Origin: Verrucomicrobiota bacterium
GTDB lineage: Bacteria > Verrucomicrobiota > Verrucomicrobiia > Chthoniobacterales > UBA10450
Length of the DNA stretch: 28,936 nt
Direction: 5' to 3'
NCBI GenBank assembly: GCA_041167145.1
Contig: JBEEGY010000106.1
Span: 1-28,936 of the forward strand
Under the pieces are notes generated by a model. The model made no database searches. It was not told the DNA's origin and saw only the letters and a list, made by a program, of their open reading frames with translations. How positions within the stretch are numbered: position 1 is the stretch's first letter; the number at the start of each line of letters is the position of its first letter. This document shows positions 16,776-25,068 of this stretch, piece by piece. Both the position numbers and the translations under genes were made by a program.

Positions 16776-17690
16776 GTGCTGCCAGCATTTTCATTTAATC
16801 GGCTGATTGTCTGCGCGCTCAGTTTTATTTTTTCGGCGTGCCATCTCGCGGCGTCGCCTAAAATTTGGGAGGAAGTTTCGGGCGAGCAAGCCTTCGCGCA
16901 CGTCCAGCAGCTTGTCGATTTTGGTCCCCGACCTTCCGGCTCGGACGCGCTGGAAAAGTCCCGGACCTACATCGAAAAGCAATTGTCGATCTTAGGTTGG
17001 AAAGTTACCCGCCAGGTTTTTTCGGACGATACGCCCCGCGGCAAGATACAGTTCGTTAATCTCATTGCACAATTCGGTGATCGTGGCGCCAGGACTCCAC
17101 CCCCTTCCTTTCTGCTCTGTTCACATTACGACACAAAGTTCTTCGATACGATTGCGTTCGTCGGCGCGAATGACGGAGGCTCGAGCACCGGTCTGCTTTT
17201 GGAGCTGGCCCGCGTGCTTGGAAAACATCCTGATCAGGCGCGAAAGATCGCGCTGGTGTTCTTTGACGGCGAAGAGGCAGTCAAGGATTTCTCAGACACC
17301 GATGGTCTTTACGGTAGCCGGTATTTTGCCAGGCAATTGGCGGAAACCAAAACGACGAAACAATATCGCGGTGGAATTCTTTTCGATATGATCGGGGACC
17401 GGTCTCTCAATGTGACGATGCCGCCGGATTCTCCCGCGGAAATGGCGCGAGATATATTTGCTTCGGCCGATGCTCTTAAGCTGCGAACGCATTTCACATA
17501 TTTCGACGGCGGAATCACGGATGACCACACGCCGCTTAATGCGATTGGAATTCCCACGGTCGACTTGATCGATTTTGATTTCCCCTGGTGGCACACGGCC
17601 GAGGACAAGATTGATAAGGTGAGCGCCGAAAGTTTACGGGTGGTTGGGTCGGTCGCAGCCTATGACCTATCGGAGTTTGTTCTGCGATGA
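16776..17690 (+). CDS. M28-family zinc enzyme, glutaminyl-peptide cyclotransferase-like, possibly a lipoprotein
   Basis: SHYDTK, GANDG, FFDGEEA, GLYGSRY, FDMIGD, DDHTP and WWHT mirror the animal-type QC motifs. The N-terminus has a lipobox-like IFSAC. Confidence 0.75.
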   Translation: MLPAFSFNRLIVCALSFIFSACHLAASPKIWEEVSGEQAFAHVQQLVDFGPRPSGSDALEKSRTYIEKQLSILGWKVTRQVFSDDTPRGKIQFVNLIAQFGDRGARTPPPSFLLCSHYDTKFFDTIAFVGANDGGSSTGLLLELARVLGKHPDQARKIALVFFDGEEAVKDFSDTDGLYGSRYFARQLAETKTTKQYRGGILFDMIGDRSLNVTMPPDSPAEMARDIFASADALKLRTHFTYFDGGITDDHTPLNAIGIPTVDLIDFDFPWWHTAEDKIDKVSAESLRVVGSVAAYDLSEFVLR

Positions 17691-18682
17691 AGTGGAAATT
17701 CGCGGCCGCGATTTCCATTGCCGTGCTCGCCGGCTTTGCCTGTGCGCAACTGATTTGCCAATCGATTGACGTGCGTGATGCGTTTGGGCATCTTTGCGGA
17801 AGAGGCCATCTGGTGGCGCTCGCCCATGGTGAGGGAATTTATGAAATCGATGTTGATCGCGCTCTTGCGGAACTTCGATATCAGAGCGGACAGGAGGAAG
17901 CAGATGGAAAAGAGACGAGTCAATCGCGAGAATTCGTTCTTTCCCAACTGACGACTAATGCGGCTGTGGCGCGCCTCGCAACGGATGAAAAAATTCCGAC
18001 GAGCGAGATCGAGCGCCAATTGAGCCTACTGCAATTTCAGTTTCGCGACCGCAAAACATATCTGACTGCATTGAGGGTCAGTAACCTCTCGGAAAGCATG
18101 CTACGCAGAACGGTTTCCGGCAACTTGCGGGCGCGGCAATGGATCTCGCGACGACTTTCGCCACAGCTTCACGTGACAACTGACGAATCCATGCATTTCT
18201 ACCAAGGGCATCGGCAAGACTATTTCCAGCCCGTTCGGCTGCGCGTAAGTCATCTCTTCTTGGCCGCGCCCACGGAGACCGCGCCGGAGATTGTCGATAT
18301 AAAAAAAGCCAAGATCGAAGCACTCGCGAAGCGGATAAGTGAGGGCGGGGACTTCGCGGAGATTGTCGCGATCGAATCTGAAGATGAAGCAACCAAAGGG
18401 CGCGGTGGCGACCTCGGATTTTTTTCAGCCTATAGGATGCCTCCGGACTTTTTCACCGCAGCTGAAAGGCTTCGTCCGGGTGAAAGGAGCAAGCCGCTAA
18501 GGACAGCTCTGGGGTTTCATATCATTCAGGCAACAGATGTGAAGCCAGCAAGGCAAATGACCTTTGAGGGGGTGAGCGAGGATATTGGCAACTCGCTGGA
18601 GCATGAGAAGCGCCGCATGGCGATGCGAGGACTAGAGGTCGATCTTAACTCGAAGGTGCGAATTATTAGATCAATTTTCTGA
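17687..18682 (+). CDS. Exported parvulin-type peptidyl-prolyl isomerase (SurA/PrsA-like)
   Basis: Signal peptide; RVSHLFL; SEDEATKGRGGDLGFF; PLRTALGFHII. ATGA overlap with the upstream gene. Confidence 0.82.
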   Translation: MKWKFAAAISIAVLAGFACAQLICQSIDVRDAFGHLCGRGHLVALAHGEGIYEIDVDRALAELRYQSGQEEADGKETSQSREFVLSQLTTNAAVARLATDEKIPTSEIERQLSLLQFQFRDRKTYLTALRVSNLSESMLRRTVSGNLRARQWISRRLSPQLHVTTDESMHFYQGHRQDYFQPVRLRVSHLFLAAPTETAPEIVDIKKAKIEALAKRISEGGDFAEIVAIESEDEATKGRGGDLGFFSAYRMPPDFFTAAERLRPGERSKPLRTALGFHIIQATDVKPARQMTFEGVSEDIGNSLEHEKRRMAMRGLEVDLNSKVRIIRSIF

Positions 18683-18764
18683 GCTGCGCCTGGCAAAATA
18701 GAACTTCTGGATTGCGTAGCGGCTGGTATAACTTCAGGTTGATTACCCTTCTGCTGAAGGTCAA

Positions 18765-19997
18765 ATGTCACGTAACGAACAGAAACGCCGCCGCTCCCGC
18801 AAAAACGTTGGAGTAATTGGCCTCGGTATCATTGGAAGCCGGGTCACGGAGAGTCTTCGCCGGAAAGGATTTCAGGTTTTTGTGTGGAATCGCACCCCGC
18901 GGCCGGTGCCGAATTTTGTGGGCGCGCCGGCCGAAATAGCGGAGATGTGCGACTACATCCAAGTCTACGTTTCGGATGATGACGCGCTTCTGCAGATAGC
19001 GCAGAGTCTCGCTCCGGCCCTCGCGCCGCAACATATCGTGATGGCGCATTCGACGGTCGCACCCCATTCAATGCGAGCGGCGGCCGATATTGTGGAACGA
19101 AGAGGGGCACGCTTCGTGGAGGCCCCGTTCACTGGCAGCAAGATGGCCGCGGAAAAGGGCGAACTTGTTTATTACGTCGGCGGAGATGAAACAGCCATTC
19201 GGGATGCAAGACCAATTTTGGAGGCGAGCGGCAAAGAGATTATCGAAATCGGCGAAATCGGACAGGCGACTGCAATCAAAATTGCCACCAACATGATCAC
19301 AGCGGCGACAGTTCAAGCCGCAGCCGAGGCATTGGCCTTGATTGAAAGCGCGGGTTTGTCGCTGGAGAAGTTTGCTTCCGCGATGCAGGGCAACGCCAGT
19401 AATTCCACGACGCTGGCGATGAAGTTGCCTAAGATAATCAAAGGCGATTTCGAACCTCACTTTTCGCTTAAGCACATGCTTAAAGATATGCAGATCGCGA
19501 CCCGCTATGGCTTGTCGCAGCATCTTGAGTTGGGAGTGACGGCGGCCGCGCGAGATCGACTCCTCGAACAGATGCAAAGGGGGTATGGCGACGAAGATTA
19601 CTCCGCGATTGCTCGGAAGTATTTCGGGGCAACCAAATCAGCCGGTCCGGAAGAAGTGGGTTTGGAATTGTTCGAAAAGCCGGCACCGGTCGAGCCTTAT
19701 CCGTTTACGTCACATGAAACAAAAGCTGCGACACCGGTTCCAATAGATACGGTTTTGCCATCCCCCATGGAATCGGCAGCACAAGATTTGGTTCCGAATC
19801 CGGATGAACCAGTCGCACCGGTTGACGCTCCGCAAGAAATTGAACCTCTTTCTGGATCGCACATGCAGGATCAAATAAATGGGGAGTCTGCCGAAACAAC
19901 TGTGCAGGCTGAGCCGGCGGCGCAATCAGAATTGAAGGAAGAAGAACCATCGCGGCGCGGCATATTAAGCCGCTTGCTTCGTCGCAACGATTATTGA
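18765..19997 (+). CDS. Beta-hydroxyacid dehydrogenase family (3-hydroxyisobutyrate dehydrogenase / glyoxylate reductase-like) with a ~120-aa acidic Pro-rich tail
   Basis: VIGLGIIG; VWNRT; HSTVAP; FVEAPFTGSK; catalytic AIKIATN; FEPHFSLKHMLKDM; DEDYSAI; then a low-complexity tail. Confidence 0.85.
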   Translation: MSRNEQKRRRSRKNVGVIGLGIIGSRVTESLRRKGFQVFVWNRTPRPVPNFVGAPAEIAEMCDYIQVYVSDDDALLQIAQSLAPALAPQHIVMAHSTVAPHSMRAAADIVERRGARFVEAPFTGSKMAAEKGELVYYVGGDETAIRDARPILEASGKEIIEIGEIGQATAIKIATNMITAATVQAAAEALALIESAGLSLEKFASAMQGNASNSTTLAMKLPKIIKGDFEPHFSLKHMLKDMQIATRYGLSQHLELGVTAAARDRLLEQMQRGYGDEDYSAIARKYFGATKSAGPEEVGLELFEKPAPVEPYPFTSHETKAATPVPIDTVLPSPMESAAQDLVPNPDEPVAPVDAPQEIEPLSGSHMQDQINGESAETTVQAEPAAQSELKEEEPSRRGILSRLLRRNDY

Positions 19998-20024
19998 GCC
20001 CGGCGCTGCCGGTGAAGGATTTTG

Positions 20025-20945
20025 ATGGAGCAGGACGCAATTACGGGCGTATTTTTCGACCTTTCTACAAACGTAAAGCTTCGTGTCGAGGGAAATGATC
20101 GGCTGCGGTTCTTGAATGGTCAGATCACGGCCGATATTAGTAAAGCCACTGCGTCGAACGCGATCGAAGCATGTCTCCTCGATGGGAAAGGCCGGATGAG
20201 CGCGCACGTTTTTATTTTTGGGTCGGGCGACTCTTTTTTTATCGATGCCGATTCTGGGCTAAAAGAAGCGCTTCAAGCCAGGCTGGAGCGTTATGTAATT
20301 GCCGACGATGTGCAGATCGAAGACGTGAGCGATCAATTGTCGATCTTTCATGTGATGGCTCAGACTGCTCCCGCGGTTCCAGCGGTGAAATGGATGCTGT
20401 CAGCGCGACGTTTTGGTCAAGCAGGCTGGGATATTTGGATCGACGGTTCGGAGCGGGACAAAATATTGGCGCAACTTTCCGCCAGTTTTTCGTTTTGTGA
20501 TGCCGATTGCCTCGAAATTTTCCGCATCGAACGAGGCATTCCACGTTGGGGGAAAGAACTAACGAGCGAGATCATCCCGGTCGAAGCAGGCTTGGACGAG
20601 CGTTGCATCGATTATGAAAAAGGGTGTTACCTGGGTCAGGAGGTAATCTCGCGGATGAAGATGTCCGGGCAGCGAAACAAAAAGCTATGCGGTTTGGCTT
20701 CCGCGAACGAGGCGTCGTTAAGCGCGGGAATGCGCCTTTTCGAGATATCGAAGACTGACAAAGATGTCGGTTGGATCACGAGTGCATCTCGCAGCAGGAA
20801 GCTGAATAGGGAGGTGGCTCTCGGGTTTGTGAAACGCGGCTTTAATGCTCCCGGGACGAACCTTGAGGCCCGCCCACCGGGGAACTTGGGCTCGGGGTCG
20901 GTCCGCGTTGAGGTTGTCGACCTTCCATTCGCTCAATTGAATTGA
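20025..20945 (+). CDS. ygfZ: Folate-binding Fe-S maturation protein, YgfZ/GcvT family
   Basis: LRVEGNDRLRFLNGQITAD; LLDGKGRM; signature IDYEKGCYLGQEVISRM. SD-like GAAGGA upstream. Confidence 0.88.
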   Translation: MEQDAITGVFFDLSTNVKLRVEGNDRLRFLNGQITADISKATASNAIEACLLDGKGRMSAHVFIFGSGDSFFIDADSGLKEALQARLERYVIADDVQIEDVSDQLSIFHVMAQTAPAVPAVKWMLSARRFGQAGWDIWIDGSERDKILAQLSASFSFCDADCLEIFRIERGIPRWGKELTSEIIPVEAGLDERCIDYEKGCYLGQEVISRMKMSGQRNKKLCGLASANEASLSAGMRLFEISKTDKDVGWITSASRSRKLNREVALGFVKRGFNAPGTNLEARPPGNLGSGSVRVEVVDLPFAQLN

Positions 20946-21023
20946 GAATTGTATGAAAATTGCGAACTATCAAAGGCATGTTTTGTAATCTCCTTTGCCT
21001 CCGCAACTTGCGTAATTTTTGTA

Positions 21024-21053
21024 TTGCTTTTTAAAGATCGCAGCGTGTAAAGT
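21024..21053 (+). promoter_or_regulatory. Putative sigma70 promoter in the AT-rich gap before the regulator
   Basis: TTGCTT-N18-TAAAGT. Confidence 0.35.
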
Positions 21054-21079
21054 CCCGCAGTCAACCTTCGCCTGTCGCC

Positions 21080-21721
21080 ATGAACCAAAAATTGCTCGCA
21101 GAGATTGGCCGCACTCAGCGGTTGGAAATTCTTAATTCGCTTAAGCGGACCAAGGGCATGTCCGTTAACCAGCTCGTCGACAAAATGAAGATGAGTTACA
21201 TGGGGATCAAGCAACATTGCCTTACATTGCAGCGTGACGGCTATCTCGACACGTGGCGACGCCCGCAAAAAATGGGCCGCCCGGAGATGGTTTATCGACT
21301 AACACGGCGCAGCCACGACCTTTACCCCAGCGACAGCAATCAGTTCACCCTCGAGTTGTTGCAATCGATTCAAGAGATTTACGGTCCGAACGCTCCGGAA
21401 AAGCTTTTGTATAACATGTTTGAAAGAAAGACAGCGGCTTTGAAGACCAAGGTAAAGGGCGAGACGGTGGCGGACCGCGCGAAGTGGCTCGCTAAAATGC
21501 GTGATAGCGAAGGGTATATGTCACAATTCACCACCGAAGACAAAGATGGCGGGCCGCAGATTCTGGAATGTCACTCGCCGATTTTGAATCTGCTGGAGCG
21601 CTATCCGATCGTTGGCCGGCTGGAGCAGGACATGTTTGAAGCGGTCTTGGGCACGCCCGTGCGACGGGAGGAAACTCGCACCTCCGGCCTGTACGAGTGC
21701 GCCTTCTATTTTAAGCTGTAA
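21080..21721 (+). CDS. Winged-HTH transcriptional regulator, SufR-like (ArsR-type HTH plus C-terminal sensor domain)
   Basis: RLEILNSLKRTKGMSVNQL...MSYMGIKQHCLTLQRDGYL; GRPEMVYRLT; C-terminal domain with LECHSPI...ECAFYF. Confidence 0.75.
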   Translation: MNQKLLAEIGRTQRLEILNSLKRTKGMSVNQLVDKMKMSYMGIKQHCLTLQRDGYLDTWRRPQKMGRPEMVYRLTRRSHDLYPSDSNQFTLELLQSIQEIYGPNAPEKLLYNMFERKTAALKTKVKGETVADRAKWLAKMRDSEGYMSQFTTEDKDGGPQILECHSPILNLLERYPIVGRLEQDMFEAVLGTPVRREETRTSGLYECAFYFKL

Positions 21722-21793
21722 TCGGGTTGTCGATCTTCTCTTTACGGACATTTCCGCTTTCGCGGAGAGCGAATCTCGGTTGATTCATGGCCC

Positions 21794-23764
21794 ATGCCTC
21801 GGGCCCTTCCCAGCGCAGTTATAGAGAACCTCCGGCCGCTGATTGACGGTGGCCGCTATCCGGTCAAGCGCGTCACCTTCGAAGACCTGGTAGTCGAAGC
21901 GGATGTCTTTAAGGACGGCCACGATGTGGTTGCGGCTGCTCTAAAATGGCGAGTTCTAGGAGAGACACGGTGGCAGGAAACTTCCATGGTCCACATCGAC
22001 AACGATCGTTGGCGCGGTGTGTGCACTCTCTACGAAAACTCCATTTATGAATATACGGTCGAAGCGTGGACGGATACGTTTCGCAGCTGGCGTGAGGAGT
22101 TCACCAAAAAATTCGAGGCGGGCGTGACTTCATTGGTGAGCGAGGTGTTGGAAGGCGCCGCCTTGCTGGAATCGGCCGCCCAGCGTGCCTACGACTACAA
22201 GGACGCAGCGCGATTGCTCGAACTGTCGCAAAGGATGAGCACCGGCGAGCTCGGCGAAGTCAATACGATCGCGCGCTCCGGTGAGCTGGAAGTGCTTATG
22301 GCTACGTATCCGGACCGTTCCGGCGCTACGCAATACTCACCGCCGCCGCGAATGATTGTCGATCGTATCGTTGCGCGGACGGCTGCGTGGTACGAATTTT
22401 TTCCGAGATCGGCCGAAGGCCGGGGCGATCGCGGTTCGACACTGCGCGATAGTCTGCCGCGGATCGACGACGCCAGGGCGATGGGCTTCGACGTGATTTA
22501 TTTTCCGCCCATTCACCCGATTGGGCGGACCAATCGGAAGGGTCGAAACAATTCGACCACGAGTTTGCCGGAAGAACCCGGCGTGCCCTACGCGATCGGC
22601 AGCGAAGCGGGCGGACATAAGGATGTTGATCCTGCGCTGGGCACATTAGATGACTTCGATTGGCTGCAGAGCGAAGTGCGGCAACGCGGCATGGAGATCG
22701 CGCTCGATTTTGCGATCAATTGCTCTCCCGACCATCCTTACGTGAGGGAGCATCCCGAATGGTTCTATAAGCGTCCGGATGGGACCATTAAGTACGCCGA
22801 GAACCCGCCCAAGAAATACGAGGACATCTACCCGCTAAACTTTCGCTGCGAAAATTGGCAGGCGCTGTGGGAGGAAATGAAAAGCATCATTCTCTTCTGG
22901 GCCGACCACGGTGTGCGCATATTTCGCGTGGATAATCCGCACACCAAACCGCTTCAGTTTTGGGAATATCTGATAACGGGAGTGCGGTCGAGATATCCGG
23001 ACGTGGTTTTTCTTTCCGAGGCCTTCACCAAACCGAAGATGATGAAAGCTTTGGCCAAAGCCGGTTTCACCCAGAGCTACACCTATTTCACCTGGCGAAA
23101 CTCGAAACAAGAGCTGATCGAATACTTCACGGAGCTAACGCAAACGGAAATGCGCGAATATTTTCGCGGGAATCTCTGGCCCAATACGCCGGACATTCTG
23201 CCGGTCGCCTTACAAGACGGTGGCCGTCCGGCCTTCATGATCCGCGCCACGCTGGCCGCAACGCTCTCCAGCGTCTACGGCATCTACAGCGGATTTGAGC
23301 TGTGCGAGAACCAGGCTCTGCCCGGTCGCGAAGAATATCTCGATTCCGAGAAGTACCAGTGGAAGGAACGCGACTGGGATGCACCGGGAAATATCAAGGA
23401 ATGGATCGCGCGCCTGAACAAAATCCGGAAGGAAAATCGCGCGCTACAGCTTTATGACAATTTGCGTTTTCACCATGCCGATAACGACGCCATCCTTTTC
23501 TACGTCAAGATGACGGCGGCACGGGACAATATCATTCTGATTGTCGTGAATATCGATCCGCATCGCAAACAAAGTTCCTATATCGATGTACCGATTGACG
23601 AATTCGGATCGATGGACGGCGACATTTATCAGGTGCATGATCTTATGAGCGACGCGCGATATACGTGGCGTGGCCGTCAAAATTACGTGGAACTTGATCC
23701 CGAGATCCAACCGGCACACATCTTTCGGGTTCGACGCTGGGCGGGGGGCGATCAATTTGTTTAG
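21794..23764 (+). CDS. glgE: Alpha-1,4-glucan:maltose-1-phosphate maltosyltransferase (GH13_3)
   Basis: DGGRYPVKR; FKDGHD; WYEFFPRS; PPIHPIG; KGRNNS; IKYAENPPKKYEDIYP; FRVDNPHTKP; FLSEAFT; TQSYTYFTWRN; WPNTPDIL. Confidence 0.93.
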   Translation: MPRALPSAVIENLRPLIDGGRYPVKRVTFEDLVVEADVFKDGHDVVAAALKWRVLGETRWQETSMVHIDNDRWRGVCTLYENSIYEYTVEAWTDTFRSWREEFTKKFEAGVTSLVSEVLEGAALLESAAQRAYDYKDAARLLELSQRMSTGELGEVNTIARSGELEVLMATYPDRSGATQYSPPPRMIVDRIVARTAAWYEFFPRSAEGRGDRGSTLRDSLPRIDDARAMGFDVIYFPPIHPIGRTNRKGRNNSTTSLPEEPGVPYAIGSEAGGHKDVDPALGTLDDFDWLQSEVRQRGMEIALDFAINCSPDHPYVREHPEWFYKRPDGTIKYAENPPKKYEDIYPLNFRCENWQALWEEMKSIILFWADHGVRIFRVDNPHTKPLQFWEYLITGVRSRYPDVVFLSEAFTKPKMMKALAKAGFTQSYTYFTWRNSKQELIEYFTELTQTEMREYFRGNLWPNTPDILPVALQDGGRPAFMIRATLAATLSSVYGIYSGFELCENQALPGREEYLDSEKYQWKERDWDAPGNIKEWIARLNKIRKENRALQLYDNLRFHHADNDAILFYVKMTAARDNIILIVVNIDPHRKQSSYIDVPIDEFGSMDGDIYQVHDLMSDARYTWRGRQNYVELDPEIQPAHIFRVRRWAGGDQFV

Positions 23765-23807
23765 CAACTAGGGGCAGAGAGAGGGGTTTCTGGAGTGTGT
23801 CGCGCAT

Positions 23808-23835
23808 TTGCATATCGCATTCCGCCGCCTATCAT
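23808..23835 (+). promoter_or_regulatory. Putative sigma70 promoter for the exbB-exbD-TPR operon
   Basis: TTGCAT-N16-TATCAT, 15 nt before ATG 23851. Confidence 0.5.
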
Positions 23836-23850
23836 TACAACACTTTTGGC

Positions 23851-24624
23851 ATGAAGATTTTCGTCCCGCTGCTTGTCTCGCTGGCAGGCACTACGCCGTT
23901 GCTCGCACAGGGTTCGCCCGCTCCCCTTGCTCCGGATCAGCCGCACACGAAGACAGTGCTCGAAGCCATTTTGCATGCCGGGCCGATCATGTATGTGCTG
24001 GTCGCTCTCTCTGTTTTTTCCGTTATGCTCGTGATCACGTATTTGATGACCATTCGCCGTGGCGCCGTTGTCTCCAGTGGTTTTATGGCCACGGCAGACG
24101 CACTTCTACGAAAACGCGATTACCTGGGATTGCTGGCAGTCTCCAATCGCCATGGTGAAGCCATCGCGCGCGTGGTGCAAAAAGTCCTCGATTTCACAAC
24201 CAAGAATCCGAATGCCGATTTCCAACAAGTCCGCGAGATCGCCGAGACGGAAGGCACGCGAGTGGCCGCAAACCTGAACAATCGGGTGACCTATCTCGCC
24301 GATATTGGAATGATCGCGCCGCTCATCGGCTTGCTTGGGACTGCCATTGGAATTGTAAAATCATTTACCGCGCTCAGTGGCGATCTTGGCACTGCGCGTT
24401 ATGCGCTGCTTTCCACCGGAGTGAGCGAAGCGCTCATCAATACTTGCGGCGGATTGGCCATCGGCATCCCCGCCATGATCTTTTACGCGTTCTTTCGCGG
24501 GCGCGTGCAACGTTTGATCTCCGATCTGGAATCCGCCGTGACCCATGTTCTCGCGCTTCTTTCGGTGCATCAGGGTGACAAGCGCATGGAACGTGCGCCC
24601 GTCCTGCTCGAGGATGAATTTTAG
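23851..24624 (+). CDS. MotA/TolQ/ExbB proton-channel protein
   Basis: LADIGMIAPLIGLLGTAIGIVKSF; GVSEALINTCGGLAIGIPAMIFY. N-terminal signal-like segment. Start at ATG 23851. Confidence 0.9.
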   Translation: MKIFVPLLVSLAGTTPLLAQGSPAPLAPDQPHTKTVLEAILHAGPIMYVLVALSVFSVMLVITYLMTIRRGAVVSSGFMATADALLRKRDYLGLLAVSNRHGEAIARVVQKVLDFTTKNPNADFQQVREIAETEGTRVAANLNNRVTYLADIGMIAPLIGLLGTAIGIVKSFTALSGDLGTARYALLSTGVSEALINTCGGLAIGIPAMIFYAFFRGRVQRLISDLESAVTHVLALLSVHQGDKRMERAPVLLEDEF

Positions 24625-24660
24625 TTTGGCGATCTTGCCTAAGATCGACATCTCACTCAT

Positions 24661-25068
24661 ATGAACTTGCGCAGTCGAGCCGTTCCGGTTCATCCAGGGA
24701 TTCAACTCGCGCCTTTGGTTGATGTCCTCCTCCTCCTCCTCATTTTTTTCCTGATGACCTGGAACGCCGCTCGCAACGAAAACGAACTCGACGTGAAAGT
24801 CCCCAAGGCTTCGTCGGCGAAAGAGAAAACAGCGCCGATCGGCGATGTGGTCGTGAATGTGAAAGCGGATGGCAATGTGATAGTCAATCGACGAACGCTT
24901 AGCGCGCCGGAATTGGGCGAATTGTTGAAGGGTCTTGTCCAGCTCAACCCGGAACAGGCGGTCGTGATTCGCGGAGATGAGACCGGCGCTTACAAGAATA
25001 TTATCGGCATTCTCAACCTTTGTACGGAAGCCGGCATTACCAACGTAGCTTTCGCTACAGCCAAATGA
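24661..25068 (+). CDS. ExbD/TolR biopolymer-transport protein
   Basis: IQLAPLVDVLLLLLIFFLMT (TM Asp); DVKVPKAS; VVIRGDETGAYKNIIGILN. Confidence 0.9.
   Translation: MNLRSRAVPVHPGIQLAPLVDVLLLLLIFFLMTWNAARNENELDVKVPKASSAKEKTAPIGDVVVNVKADGNVIVNRRTLSAPELGELLKGLVQLNPEQAVVIRGDETGAYKNIIGILNLCTEAGITNVAFATAK

Noticed and set aside
14071-18176. TCACGTGA cores (14071, 18169) as parS sites
   Set aside because: The flanks do not match the 16-bp TGTTTCACGTGAAACA consensus.
24727-24749. (CTC)5 followed by a T7 tract in exbD as a phase-variation site
   Set aside because: It encodes the Leu/Ile/Phe TM helix, is in frame and is short; no evidence of switching.
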